From an uncultured Nitrospiraceae bacterium (GTDB lineage Bacteria; Nitrospirota; Nitrospiria; Nitrospirales; Nitrospiraceae): a DNA stretch of 64,000 bases. The DNA is taken from the NCBI GenBank assembly GCA_964555285.1, contig CAZKRM010000001.1, positions 220,792-284,791 on the forward strand. The letters are read 5' to 3'. The notes under the pieces are model-generated. The model made no database searches. It saw only the letters and a list, made by a program, of their open reading frames with translations, and had not been told where the DNA came from. This document shows, in pieces, positions 18,793 to 29,739 of the stretch. The position numbers and the translations under genes are program-made. Each line of letters begins with the position of its first letter. Position 1 is the first letter of the stretch.

Positions 18793-18917
18793 CAGGATGC
18801 TGAAAAAGTCCGCCAGCTTCGTTCTCGGCTCATCGAAATCCTCAACGTACCCCTGAGGGTACGCCTCCGGTTTCGACTCGCCTGCGGCCTTGCTGAACGG
18901 CCTTTTTGAGCATCCTG
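18793..18917. repeat. 125-bp long imperfect palindrome, a different family from the REP-like elements
   Basis: CAGGATGCTGAAAAAGTCCG ... CGGCCTTTTTGAGCATCCTG termini, with central GTACCCCTGAGGGTAC. Gives pseudo-ORFs ...KKSASFVLGSSKSSTYP and MLNGLFEHPA. Confidence 0.75.
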
Positions 18918-18966
18918 CGGAAATGATTTCCCCCACCATCCATTCGTTCCGCCTTTACCCCTCAAT

Positions 18967-19062
18967 GAAGGGCGGCATGAATGCTCTCACCTGCGCGCAT
19001 CGGACGAGCACCGTTTTACCGTGCGCGTTCTGCGAGCACAGAGAGCGTTCATGTCGCCCTCC
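18967..19062 (+). repeat. REP-like element, copy D
   Basis: Arms GAAGGGCGGCATGAATGCTCTC / GAGAGCGTTCATGTCGCCCTCC. Core ACCTGCGCGCATCGGACGAGCAC CGTTTTACC GTGCGCGTTCTGCGAGCAC. Confidence 0.85.
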
Positions 19063-19067
19063 CCCCC

Positions 19068-19268
19068 TCACGGTTGGCTCCTCTGCTCAGATGCTTTAGT
19101 CTGCCTGTCCACGTATTTCCTGATCCAGAAAATCCCTGCGATCGTCCCGAATCCACCAAAAACAAGCGCCACAAAGGCCCAGCGCCAGGGTGACTCGTTC
19201 AGGCGATAGGCCATCATGCCCACCACCGCCGCCCACACCAGAATGGACGCCACCAGACCATAATTCAT
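19068..19268 (-). CDS. hypothetical small membrane protein
   Basis: 66 aa from internal ATG (MNYGLVASILVWAAVVGMMAY...ALVFGGFGTIAGIFWI), two TM helices. The upstream part of the track ORF runs towards REP copy E. Confidence 0.45.
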   Translation of the reverse strand: MNYGLVASILVWAAVVGMMAYRLNESPWRWAFVALVFGGFGTIAGIFWIRKYVDRQTKASEQRSQP

Positions 19269-19351
19269 GAACAACCGCAGAAACCTCTTCACTCTTTTTC
19301 TTCCTTCTTCCTTCTTCCCTTCCTCTAAAGGAAGGATTGGGAGATTCCTAT

Positions 19352-19449
19352 GAGGGGATGGTGAGGTTGTCCTCAACTGCGCGCGTCCAACGAGGGCCTT
19401 CTTAGGCCGCGCGTTGCGCGAGCAAAGAGGACGGCCTCACCATCCCCTC
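19352..19449 (+). repeat. REP-like element, copy E
   Basis: Arms GAGGGGATGGTGAGGTTGTCCTC / GAGGACGGCCTCACCATCCCCTC (two T-G). Core AACTGCGCGCGTCCAACGAGGGCC TTCTTA GGCCGCGCGTTGCGCGAGCA. Confidence 0.85.
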
Positions 19450-19465
19450 CAACCCCTCCGTCCCC

Positions 19466-20173
19466 TCATCCACAAACCCTCTTCAATACTTCCTGATACG
19501 CCTCTTCAATCTTTCCCAACTCCTTCCTGAACCGATCTTTGTCCATCGACTCGCCCGTCGTCATGTCCCAGAAGCGGCAGGTGTCCGGAGAAATCTCGTC
19601 CGCCAGGATCAGTCTGTTGTGATACACGCCGAACTCCAGCTTGAAATCCACCAGGGTCATCTGCCGTTCCTTGAAGAACGGCGCCAGAATCGAGTTCACT
19701 TTCAAAGCGAGGTCCTTTATCTCGCGCACCACGGCGGGCGTCGCGAGCTTCAACAGACGAACGTGCTCTTCGCTGATGAGCGGATCGCCTAACGCATCGT
19801 GCTTGTAGTAGAACTCGACGATGGCCGGCTCGATCGCCTCGCCTTCTGTGAGTCCCAGCCGCTTGGCTAAACTGCCGGCCACGATGTTCCGCACCACCAC
19901 CTCGATGGGGACGATCGTGACTCTCTTCGTCAGCATCTCGCGGTCGCTCAACCGCTCGACAAAGTGCGTCGGCACACCGCCCTGCTCCAGCAGGTGGAAC
20001 AGCCGCTCCGACACCTTGTTGTTCACCACGCCCTTCTCGACGATGGTGCCGCGCTTCTGCGCATTGAACGCCGTCGCATCGTCTTTGAAGTATTGGACCA
20101 CGCGGTCGGGCTGCTCGGTCGCAAAGATTTTCTTCGCCTTGCCCTCGTAGAGCATCTCGCCCTTTGCAATCAT
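19466..20173 (-). CDS. purC: phosphoribosylaminoimidazole-succinocarboxamide synthase PurC
   Basis: 235 aa. YEGKAKKIF..., VVRN.. GS and DEISPDTCRFWD are SAICAR synthase motifs. ATGA overlap with purB. Confidence 0.95.
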   Translation of the reverse strand: MIAKGEMLYEGKAKKIFATEQPDRVVQYFKDDATAFNAQKRGTIVEKGVVNNKVSERLFHLLEQGGVPTHFVERLSDREMLTKRVTIVPIEVVVRNIVAGSLAKRLGLTEGEAIEPAIVEFYYKHDALGDPLISEEHVRLLKLATPAVVREIKDLALKVNSILAPFFKERQMTLVDFKLEFGVYHNRLILADEISPDTCRFWDMTTGESMDKDRFRKELGKIEEAYQEVLKRVCG

Positions 20174-21501
20174 CTTCCACGCTTCCTTCGTACGCGATCG
20201 GCCGATGGCTTTCCAAATACCCGCCGAAAAATCTTGTCCATATGCCGCACGTAATACTGGGGATTGAAACAGGCCCTAATCTCGGCCGCCTGGAGATGCT
20301 TCGAGATGAAGGGATCTTGGCCGACCAGTTCCTGGAACCCTGCCCCGCCTTTCCAGGCGCTCATCGCGTTCCGTTGAACCGCTTCGTAGGATTCTTTCCG
20401 TTGCGCGCCCTTGTCGATCAACGCCAGCAGGAGCCGCTGCGAATAGACCAGCCCGCCGGTCAGTTCGAGGTTCTGTTTCATGCGGGCCGGATAGACCAGC
20501 AGGTTCTTGATCAAATCCGTGACCCGCGCCAGCATGTAATCCACAAGGATCGTGCTGTCCGGCATGATGACGCGCTCGACGGAGGAATGGCTGATGTCGC
20601 GCTCGTGCCACAACGCGACGTTCTCCATCGCCGCCAGGCTGTTCGCCCGCACCACGCGCGCCAGCCCGCACAAATTCTCCGAGGCGATGGGATTCCGTTT
20701 GTGCGGCATCGCGGAGGATCCCTTTTGCCCTTCGGAGAAATACTCCTCGGCTTCGAGCACTTCTGTCCGTTGGAGATGGCGAATCTCCGTCGCACACTTC
20801 TCGATGCTGGCGGCCAGGAGCGCCAACGCCGACGCATACGCCGCATGGCGATCCCGCTGCACGATTTGGTTCGACACCGGGTCCGTCTTCAGCCCCAACT
20901 TCGCGCAGACATACTCTTCGATCTCCGGCCCCTGGTGCGCGAAGGTCCCCATCGCGCCGGAGAGCTTGCCGACGGCGATCTCGTCCCGCACCGCCTTGAG
21001 CCGCTCGCGATGCCGGCAGACTTCTTCGTACCAGATGGCCAGCTTGAAGCCGAAGGAAATGGGCTCGCCATGAATGCCGTGCGAGCGCCCGACCATAATC
21101 GTGTGCCGGTGCTGGTACGCCCGCTTCTTCAGCACGGCAATGAACTCATCCAGGTCCTCCAGAATCATGTCCAGCGCCTCCGTCATCTGGATGGCCAACG
21201 ACGTATCCACGATATCCGAGGAGGTCAGCCCCATGTGGAGGAAACGCGCGTCGGGACCGACCGGTTCGGCCAGCGATTCGAGGAAGGCGATCACATCATG
21301 TTTGGTGACTGTTTCGATCTTGGCAATACGCGCGACGTCGATGCGCGCCTTGCGACGGATGCGCGCGGTGGCTCCCCTCGGCACCTGGCCCGTCCGCTCG
21401 AAGGCGGCGCACGCCTGCAACTCGACTTCGAGCCAGATTTCGTACTTGTGCTTCAGGTCCCAGATGGCTTTCATCTTGGGACGGGTGTAGCGGTCGATCA
21501 C
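20170..21501 (-). CDS. purB: adenylosuccinate lyase PurB
   Basis: (M)IDRYTRPKM..., the fumarate-lyase signature GSSAMPHKRNP. GTG start. Confidence 0.95.
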   Translation of the reverse strand: MIDRYTRPKMKAIWDLKHKYEIWLEVELQACAAFERTGQVPRGATARIRRKARIDVARIAKIETVTKHDVIAFLESLAEPVGPDARFLHMGLTSSDIVDTSLAIQMTEALDMILEDLDEFIAVLKKRAYQHRHTIMVGRSHGIHGEPISFGFKLAIWYEEVCRHRERLKAVRDEIAVGKLSGAMGTFAHQGPEIEEYVCAKLGLKTDPVSNQIVQRDRHAAYASALALLAASIEKCATEIRHLQRTEVLEAEEYFSEGQKGSSAMPHKRNPIASENLCGLARVVRANSLAAMENVALWHERDISHSSVERVIMPDSTILVDYMLARVTDLIKNLLVYPARMKQNLELTGGLVYSQRLLLALIDKGAQRKESYEAVQRNAMSAWKGGAGFQELVGQDPFISKHLQAAEIRACFNPQYYVRHMDKIFRRVFGKPSADRVRRKRGR

Positions 21502-21511
21502 GGGATTTCAC

Positions 21512-21588
21512 CATTGGCACATTGGATCATTGAATCATTGCTGAAGTTCCGGCCAATGATTCATTCGGCAATGAATCAATCGTCAATG
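21512..21588. repeat. octad-periodic hairpin (CATTG type)
   Basis: Left arm CATTGGCA CATTGGAT CATTGAAT CATTG. Right arm CAATGATT CATTCGG CAATGAAT CAATCGT CAATG. Lies between the nusB stop and purB start. Confidence 0.8.
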
Positions 21589-21596
21589 CGTACGCT

Positions 21597-22046
21597 TCAT
21601 GTTTCATGTTTCACGTTCGCCGCGTCAGCACGTTTAGCCTCAAGCCGTGCCTCGCTTGCGAGCACCTTGTCCAAGATGCCGTTCACGAACTTCGAGGCCT
21701 CGTCGTCCCCGAAACTCTTCGCCAGCTCGATCGCCTCGTTCAGCGTGACCTTCGCCGGCACATCCGGCATCCACAGCAACTCGTAGAGGCCGGCGCGGAG
21801 GATGTTCCGATCGACGATCGGCATGCGGCTGACTTTCCAATTGGTCGCGTACCGGCCGATCAGGGTATCGAGCTCTGTGCGATGCATCACCACGCCATCG
21901 ACCAGCTCGTCCGTGAAGGCCTTCGGGCCCTCTTCCAGCGGATACTGTTTCCAGAACTCATCCAGCCACAACCCCGGCTTGCCGTGGATGTCGTATTGAA
22001 ACAGGATTTGGATCGCCCGCTCGCGGGCCTGGTGGCGGCTACTCAT
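21597..22046 (-). CDS. nusB: transcription antitermination factor NusB
   Basis: [19 protein letters not shown]... and the LNEAIELAK pattern. The track ORF begins at TTG 22055; I prefer ATG 22044-22046. Confidence 0.9.
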   Translation of the reverse strand: MSSRHQARERAIQILFQYDIHGKPGLWLDEFWKQYPLEEGPKAFTDELVDGVVMHRTELDTLIGRYATNWKVSRMPIVDRNILRAGLYELLWMPDVPAKVTLNEAIELAKSFGDDEASKFVNGILDKVLASEARLEAKRADAANVKHET

Positions 22047-22055
22047 AGAATGCAA

Positions 22056-22152
22056 GCCGACAGGCTGACAGGCATGCAGGCCGACAAGGTCAGAATCATT
22101 GTTTTCTCTTTACCTTACCACTTGTCAGCTTGTGACCTGTCAGCCTGTCGGC
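22056..22152. repeat. octad-periodic hairpin (GCTGACAG type)
   Basis: Left arm GCCGACAG GCTGACAG GCATGCAG GCCGACAA GGTCAG. Right arm CTTGTCAG CTTGTGAC CTGTCAG CCTGTCGGC. Outer 17 bp are perfect. The right arm is read as the last ~18 codons of ribH. Confidence 0.85.
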
Positions 22153-22620
22153 CTTCCCTCGCAACAGCTTCATCACCGTCGCCATCTCAATAGCCGACTT
22201 GGCCGCCTCCGCCCCGCGATTGTACTTGGCCGGATCCGCCCGCTCGATCGCCTGCGCGACCGTATCGGTCGTCAGCACACCGAAGATCACCGGCACCTCG
22301 GAGTCCAACGCTGCTTGCCCGATCCCTCTCGCCGCTTCGGTACTGATGTATTCGAAGTGGGGTGTATCGCCACGAATGACTGCACCGAGACAGATGACCG
22401 CATCGACGCGGCCCGATTCGGCGAGCTGCCGTGCCACGAGCGGAATCTCGAACGCCCCCGGCACGCGCACAACCTCGATGTCCTCTTCCTTGGCCTTCGC
22501 CTTGGTCAGCGCCTGTATGCAGCACGACAGCAACCGGCTCGTCGCAAACTTATTGAACTTGGCCACGACCACCCCGAACCGTAGCCCCGTCGCATCATGC
22601 GTCCCCTTGCGCAGTTTCAT
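22096..22620 (-). CDS. ribH: 6,7-dimethyl-8-ribityllumazine synthase RibH
   Basis: Start moved to ATG 22618-22620 (GGGAGGG SD): [23 protein letters not shown].. The upstream part of the track ORF translates REP copy F. Confidence 0.92.
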   Translation of the reverse strand: MKLRKGTHDATGLRFGVVVAKFNKFATSRLLSCCIQALTKAKAKEEDIEVVRVPGAFEIPLVARQLAESGRVDAVICLGAVIRGDTPHFEYISTEAARGIGQAALDSEVPVIFGVLTTDTVAQAIERADPAKYNRGAEAAKSAIEMATVMKLLRGKADRLTGHKLTSGKVKRKQ

Positions 22621-22764
22621 CCCTCTCTTTTTCCCTCCCAGCACACTCCTCGAACCCGGGGAGCGACTCATCTGTCCTTCCATTGCGCCATTGCGCGCGT
22701 CGAGCGACCACAGCTCCTGTTCAGGCAACGATTCCTTCCCGAGCTTGCTCGTTTCCTTTCCCTT

Positions 22765-22860
22765 GGACTGGCAGCCGTGCTGGTCCCACTGCGGCCGTCG
22801 AGCGAGGCCCTTCTGAGGGCGCGCGCTCCGGGAGCACAGGACCAGCACGGCTGCCAGTCC
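22765..22860 (+). repeat. REP-like element, copy F (plus a half copy near 22689-22730)
   Basis: Perfect 22-nt arms GGACTGGCAGCCGTGCTGGTCC / GGACCAGCACGGCTGCCAGTCC. Core CACTGCGGCCGTCGAGCGAGGCCC TTCTGA GGGCGCGCGCTCCGGGAGCAC. An upstream half core is CCATTGCGCGCGTCGAGCGACCAC. Confidence 0.85.
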
Positions 22861-22868
22861 GACCTTTT

Positions 22869-24077
22869 TCACACTTTCTTGAGAATGTGCCCCAGCTTCG
22901 CCTTCTTCGTGCGCAGATACTTTTCATTCGCCGCGCCAGGTGGAATCTCGATCGACACGCGCTCGACGACTTGCAAGCCATAGCCTTCGATGCCGACGAT
23001 CTTGCGCGGGTTGTTCGTCATCAGCTTGATCTGGTGCAAGCCGAGATTGACCAGGATCTGCGCCCCGACTCCGTAGTCCCGCAAATCCGCCTTGAAGCCG
23101 AGTTTGAGATTAGCCTCGACCGTGTCGCTCCCCTCATCCTGAAGGCCATAGGCCTTGATCTTGTTCAAAAGCCCGATGCCGCGTCCCTCCTGGTTGAGAT
23201 AGAGCAACACGCCCCGTCCTTCCTTTTGAATGATCTCCATCGCGCGGTGCAACTGGTCCCGGCAATCGCACCGCAGGGAGCCCAGCGCGTCCGCCGTGAG
23301 ACAGCCGGAGTGCACCCGCACGAGTGTCGGCTTCTCGCGCTCGACCGGCCCCTTCACCAACGCGATGTGGGTCACGTTGTCCACTTCGTTCTCGAACGCC
23401 ACCGCCTCGAACTCGCCGAAGACGGTCGGCATGCGGGCGCTCGCGATGCGCCTCACAAAGGTTTCCCGCTGCATGCGGTATTCGATCAACGCCTTGATGG
23501 TGACCAGTGTGAGCTTGTGTGCATGGGCAAATGCGGCGAGCTCCGGCACCCGCGCCATGGTGCCGTCCTCGTTCATGATCTCGCAGATCACGCCCGCCGG
23601 GGTGAGCCCCGCCAGTCGCGCCAGATCGACCGAGCCTTCGGTTTGTCCGGCTCGGCGGAGCACGCCGCCCTTTTGCGCTTTCAGCGGAAAGACGTGGCCC
23701 GGCCTGGCAAGGTCGGTCGGCTTCGACTTCGGATCGATCGCCACATGGACGGTGGTCGCCCGATCAGCAGCGGAAATGCCGGTCGTGATGCCCTTGCGCG
23801 CGTCAACGGAAACGGTAAAGGCCGTACCGAACGTGGCTGTATTTTCCGCTGCCTGCGGCGGAAGCTGAAGTTCCTCGACACGCTCCGGCGTCAGTGCCAG
23901 ACAGATGAGCCCCCGCGCGTGCCTGGCCATGAAATTAATGGCGTGGGGCGTGACCTTCTCAGCCGCCATGACAAGGTCGCCCTCATTCTCGCGGTCCTCA
24001 TCATCCACGAGAATGACGAACTTGCCTTTCTTGATGTCCTTGATCGCGTCGTCGATCGAATCGAACGGTGTTGCCAT
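22869..24077 (-). CDS. ribBA: bifunctional 3,4-dihydroxy-2-butanone-4-phosphate synthase / GTP cyclohydrolase II RibBA
   Basis: 402 aa. [11 protein letters not shown] (DHBPS) and a C-terminal GCH-II region with the Zn-site cysteines [14 protein letters not shown]. Confidence 0.95.
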   Translation of the reverse strand: MATPFDSIDDAIKDIKKGKFVILVDDEDRENEGDLVMAAEKVTPHAINFMARHARGLICLALTPERVEELQLPPQAAENTATFGTAFTVSVDARKGITTGISAADRATTVHVAIDPKSKPTDLARPGHVFPLKAQKGGVLRRAGQTEGSVDLARLAGLTPAGVICEIMNEDGTMARVPELAAFAHAHKLTLVTIKALIEYRMQRETFVRRIASARMPTVFGEFEAVAFENEVDNVTHIALVKGPVEREKPTLVRVHSGCLTADALGSLRCDCRDQLHRAMEIIQKEGRGVLLYLNQEGRGIGLLNKIKAYGLQDEGSDTVEANLKLGFKADLRDYGVGAQILVNLGLHQIKLMTNNPRKIVGIEGYGLQVVERVSIEIPPGAANEKYLRTKKAKLGHILKKV

Positions 24078-24090
24078 CTTTGTAACTCCC

Positions 24091-24201
24091 GTGCTGAGCG
24101 CTGAGTTATGAGTTCTGAGTTATCGGCTCTGAAGGCACATCACGGAGCCGGCTCTCATTTCTTACAAGACTACTCACCACTCAGAACTCAAAACTCATAA
24201 C
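24091..24201. repeat. heptad-periodic hairpin (CTGAGTT type) with inner stem
   Basis: Left arm GTGCTGA GCGCTGA GTTATGA GTTCTGA GT. Right arm ACTCACC ACTCAGA ACTCAAA ACTCATA AC. Inner hairpin CGGCTC..GAGCCG. Sits in the ribBA leader immediately upstream of its SD. Confidence 0.8.
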
Positions 24202-24446
24202 TTCCCGGATGAGATGAGATAACCCTGTTTGCTACCCAGGTGTCAACGGGAAAAACTGCCGGATTCGATCGCCGCTCACATCATGCCCCGTCCACGCCGG
24301 AGCGCCGGCAGCACCGCCGCCGTTCCCCCGAGCGAGACCGCCGCAAACACGGCCTGGAACGAGAATGCGGTCAACATCGCTTGTCCACCCATTCGGGATC
24401 GTATCTCTCCGGATGCGTGACGAGTCGCGAACGATGCCGGGCCTTT

Positions 24447-24476
24447 ACTATACGAATCCCTCTTTCGCCTGCGCAA
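24447..24476 (-). promoter_or_regulatory. candidate sigma70-type promoter for the rib operon (TTGCGC-N18-TATAGT)
   Basis: Read on the minus strand. It would give a ~370-nt leader before ribBA. Confidence 0.3.
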
Positions 24477-24514
24477 GGGGCTCGCGCACCCCGCTTTCTG
24501 CCCGCGATCGGCCT

Positions 24515-24542
24515 TTGTCCTGCTCAGAGGTTCTGATATAGT
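24515..24542 (+). promoter_or_regulatory. candidate sigma70-type promoter for rpoH (TTGTCC-N16-TATAGT)
   Basis: Box spacing read directly. The -10 context TATAGTCACC is identical to the one at 7757. Confidence 0.35.
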
Positions 24543-24590
24543 CACCCGCGACGAGAATCCGGTTCCATCGGTCTTTCCCCTACAACCGAG

Positions 24591-25592
24591 ATGAACGAAA
24601 CAGACCACGACAGCACCGAGGCAGCGGACGACCCGGAGGTGCTCGACCCCTCCGACGAGGACGTCGCGGAAGGAGCCCTATTCCCAGAATCGGCCGAACC
24701 GCGCGAAGCCGAGGACCGCGAGAAACCGCAGCCTGCGACGGCAATCGTTCCCGTCACCGCCCTCCAGCATTACCTCACCGAGGTCCGCCGGTACCCCTAC
24801 CTCACCAAAGAAGAAGAGATACGGCTGTTCGAGGAATATCACGTGCACGGCAGCCGCGAAGCCGCCGTGAAACTGATCCTCGCCAACCTGCGCGTGTCGG
24901 TTGCGATTGCCTCCGAGTACCTCCACACCGGCGCCGACCATATGGACTTGATCCAGGAAGGCAACGTCGGCCTGATGCAAGCGATCAAGAAATTCGATCC
25001 CACGAAAAACGTTCGCTTCTACGCCTACGCCGCCTGGTGGGCAAGGGCTTACATTCTGCGCTACTTGCTCAACAATTATCGGCTCGTGAAAGTGGGGACG
25101 ACACAGGATCAGCGGAAGCTCTTCTACAACCTGAAAAAGGAGAAGGCGAAGCTCGAACGGGAGGGGTTCGCACCCGATACGAAACTGCTGGCAGACCGGC
25201 TGAACGTCCGCGAACGGGACATCATCGAGATGGATCAGCGACTGGGGAACTGGGAACTCTCGCTGGACCAGCCTATCGGCGAAGACCAGCAAGGCACCTT
25301 GCTGGACGTGTTGCCCGCCCACGTCACTCCCGTTGACGAGCAATTAGCGGACACGGAGCTCCGCACATTGTTCCGGCGCAAGCTGGCGGAGTTCATCAAG
25401 ACTCTGGATGAACGGGAAGAGGATATCCTTCGCAACCGAATTCTGTCTGAAACTCCCCTGACCCTGGAGGACCTCGGCGCCAAATACAAAGTGACGAAGG
25501 AACGAACCAGGCAACTGGAGGCCCGAATCATCAAACGGCTCCGCGATTACATCCGGAAGGAAGTGAAGGACTTCGATCAGCTCCGTGCGTAA
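24591..25592 (+). CDS. rpoH: RNA polymerase sigma-32 factor RpoH (with acidic N-terminal extension)
   Basis: Sigma70 regions 2-4 plus an RpoH-box-like QRKLFYNLKK. The first ~55 aa are D/E/P-rich. Confidence 0.88.
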   Translation: MNETDHDSTEAADDPEVLDPSDEDVAEGALFPESAEPREAEDREKPQPATAIVPVTALQHYLTEVRRYPYLTKEEEIRLFEEYHVHGSREAAVKLILANLRVSVAIASEYLHTGADHMDLIQEGNVGLMQAIKKFDPTKNVRFYAYAAWWARAYILRYLLNNYRLVKVGTTQDQRKLFYNLKKEKAKLEREGFAPDTKLLADRLNVRERDIIEMDQRLGNWELSLDQPIGEDQQGTLLDVLPAHVTPVDEQLADTELRTLFRRKLAEFIKTLDEREEDILRNRILSETPLTLEDLGAKYKVTKERTRQLEARIIKRLRDYIRKEVKDFDQLRA

Positions 25593-25688
25593 TCCCACAA
25601 TAAAATAGAATAGAACCACGACTTTTCAAGTAGTTGCGAGAGCGTTTCTACCAGCCGAATCAAAGAGAAAGATTTTTCGCCCCGACCT

Positions 25689-25717
25689 CTTGACTTCACC
25701 ACCACCCGCGCTATCTA
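25689..25717 (+). promoter_or_regulatory. candidate groESL promoter, readable as sigma32 (CTTGAC-N14-CGCTATCT) or sigma70 (TTGACT-N16-TATCTA)
   Basis: Boxes read directly, ~125 nt upstream of the groES ATG. Confidence 0.4.
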
Positions 25718-25740
25718 CTCCACCGAGTTCTGCTGATCAT

Positions 25741-27835
<2,095 letters not shown>

Positions 27836-27874
27836 CGAAGAGCTGATAGCATATAGCTGTTGGAAATCAGTGAA

Positions 27875-27910
27875 GGGCCCGGCGGGAAACCGTCGGGCCC
27901 TGTGCTTTTT
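27875..27910 (+). terminator. rho-independent terminator after groEL (possibly bidirectional)
   Basis: GGGCCCGGCGG GAAA CCGTCGGGCCC followed by TGTGCTTTTT. Confidence 0.8.
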
Positions 27911-29670
27911 CAGCGCGTCGAGCGGCGTCTGCGTGCAGACCGCATCGCCCGCAGCGTGGCTTTCAGGAGCGTGGAGCGGGCAGGGGTGTGAAACAGGTTC
28001 CGAAAGGCGTTGTGGACCAGCGTCGTATGTCGCGCATGCTCGGCCCGAAATCGTTGAAGGGCCGCCTCGCGATCCGCCGGGCCATAGCCCATGCGAACTG
28101 CGCAGCGCTGCAATTCCTCCTCCGTCTCCGGGAGCGCATGGGTCTGGAGATCGTGCACCATTTGGAGTTTGTGTTCGACGTCGCGGAGAAACAGATAAGC
28201 CGCCTCCAACGACGCCCGTTGCTTGGCTGACAGCAGCCGATTCCGTTGAAACCGAGCCAAGGCACCACGTGTACGACGATCCACAATGCCCGGCACTCGT
28301 TTCCCCGCGATCACTTGGATCGTCTGCGCCAGAAACTCGATTTCGCGAATTCCGCCCACGCCGAGCTTCACGTTCCGCCGTTCATGTCCGCGACCGGTCA
28401 TCTTGTCGTCGATCATGTCTTTGACGGCACGGACCTCCCGCACCACTGATCGCGCCGCATCGGGATCCATCTGCTTCCCGGCCGCATCGAAGATGAACGG
28501 TTTGACCGCCCGCAGGAACGCCCGCCCGACGTCGGCCGATCCCGCCACCGGCCAGGCCTTGAGCAGCGCCAGCCGCTCCCACACCTGCCCCCGCGTCCGG
28601 TAATAGTTGGCATATTCCTCGATGGAACGCGCCAGGCGACCGACAGACCCTTCCGCCCGGAGTCGTAGATCGACGCGATAGACGTACCCTTCCGGCGTTT
28701 GGTCGGCCAGGGCGAGCGTCAGTCGCCTGGCTAGGAGTTCAAAGTACTCCTCGTTGGAGAGGCTCTCGTGTGTTCGCTCTCGTACTTCCGACAGGCCACG
28801 TTCCGGAGCTCTCGTTTCACCCTCGTCCGACTCGTATACATAGATGAGATCCACGTCCGAGCTGTAGTTCAGTTCATGCCCCCCCAGCTTCCCCATGCCG
28901 ATCACCGCAAAACCGGTCTCGACCCATCGGCCTTGACGATTCCGATGCATCGGCACGCCGTAGCGTTGCCGGAGATCCGCGTCGACGATCTCATAGGCGG
29001 CGTGGATCAACACCGATGCCAAATCCGACAGCGTGCCGGTAGTTTCCGGCACATCGGCTAACCGGAGCAGGTCTCTCACGCCGATTCGTAACATCTCCCG
29101 GCGCCTGAACCGGCGCAGCACGTCGAGCTTCAGCTCCGTCGTGGTGAGGTTCGTTAAGCTGCGGCGCAAGCTCTTTTCGAGTCCCGCGCGCGTGGACCGC
29201 TTCGACAGCACCTCCTGCTCTGCCAGCCAATAGAGCAACGTGGAGTCCCGAATCAGCGTCACAGCCAGCGAGTCGCTGTTGCCGACGATGGCGCAGAGCA
29301 GATGCAGCATGCGGGGCGACGATCGGAGGTACTCGAACAAGGCGGAGCGGTTGACTCCCGTGGACAGGAGCCGCTCCCAATGGTTCAACGCTTGATCGGG
29401 ATCGGCCGTCTGCGCCACCGCCTCCAACATCGGTCTGAGGATATCCGCCAGTCGGCGCCGCGTGTGCGGCTCGCCGGCCATGGCCTGGATATTGGTATCG
29501 GCCTGTGCGCTGTCGCGAATACCGTACGGGGTGAGGAGACCCGCCACCTGCGCCGCATCGAGCCCCGACGCGAGCAGGAGCGGAGCGGGATCAGGCCGAG
29601 TCGGTGCGGAGCGCGCATGCCGCGCCCGGAACTGTGTCTGTCGGCGCGTCACGCCGGCACGGATGGTCAT
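27910..29670 (-). CDS. glnE: glutamine synthetase adenylyltransferase-like protein, single nucleotidyltransferase module (half-size GlnE)
   Basis: 586 aa. GMGKLGGHELNYSSDVDLIYVY and VDLRLRAEG are GlnE NT-domain motifs, and only one such module is present. Confidence 0.8.
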   Translation of the reverse strand: MTIRAGVTRRQTQFRARHARSAPTRPDPAPLLLASGLDAAQVAGLLTPYGIRDSAQADTNIQAMAGEPHTRRRLADILRPMLEAVAQTADPDQALNHWERLLSTGVNRSALFEYLRSSPRMLHLLCAIVGNSDSLAVTLIRDSTLLYWLAEQEVLSKRSTRAGLEKSLRRSLTNLTTTELKLDVLRRFRRREMLRIGVRDLLRLADVPETTGTLSDLASVLIHAAYEIVDADLRQRYGVPMHRNRQGRWVETGFAVIGMGKLGGHELNYSSDVDLIYVYESDEGETRAPERGLSEVRERTHESLSNEEYFELLARRLTLALADQTPEGYVYRVDLRLRAEGSVGRLARSIEEYANYYRTRGQVWERLALLKAWPVAGSADVGRAFLRAVKPFIFDAAGKQMDPDAARSVVREVRAVKDMIDDKMTGRGHERRNVKLGVGGIREIEFLAQTIQVIAGKRVPGIVDRRTRGALARFQRNRLLSAKQRASLEAAYLFLRDVEHKLQMVHDLQTHALPETEEELQRCAVRMGYGPADREAALQRFRAEHARHTTLVHNAFRNLFHTPARSTLLKATLRAMRSARRRRSTR

Positions 29671-29678
29671 GGCGAGGC

Positions 29679-29707
29679 ATTATACTGAGGCCTGTCACCG
29701 CGCACAA
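29679..29707 (-). promoter_or_regulatory. candidate promoter TTGTGC-N17-TATAAT for the minus-strand glnE-like gene, near-leaderless
   Basis: Read on the minus strand. The -10 ends 8 nt before ATG 29670, with no SD. Confidence 0.4.
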
Positions 29708-29723
29708 CGAACAGCCGTTCGAG

Positions 29724-29729
29724 TATACT
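29724..29729 (+). promoter_or_regulatory. candidate -10 box TATACT for the plus-strand ACT-GlnE gene, near-leaderless
   Basis: Ends 10 nt before ATG 29740. The intervening sequence GCCTCCACCG has no SD. The -35 is weak. Confidence 0.3.
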
Positions 29730-29739
29730 GCCTCCACCG

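Noticed and set aside
22621-22872. N-terminal extensions of track ORFs (ribH 22096..22872; also 19068..19376, 10670..11020, 32859..33251, 57121..57957, 11756..13228, 6596..7873)
   Set aside because: The extra codons are translations of REP-like elements or heptad hairpins. Internal starts with good SD sequences match the normal family N-termini.
24078-24476. FMN riboswitch upstream of ribBA
   Set aside because: I could not find the conserved RFN core segments on the minus strand by eye. An Infernal scan would be decisive.
24276-24608. 110-aa minus-strand ORF in the ribBA-rpoH intergenic region
   Set aside because: Most of it is Arg/Ser/Gly-rich and overlaps the rpoH promoter and start. Only the last 33 hydrophobic codons look peptide-like, and these are mentioned under the rib leader finding at low confidence.
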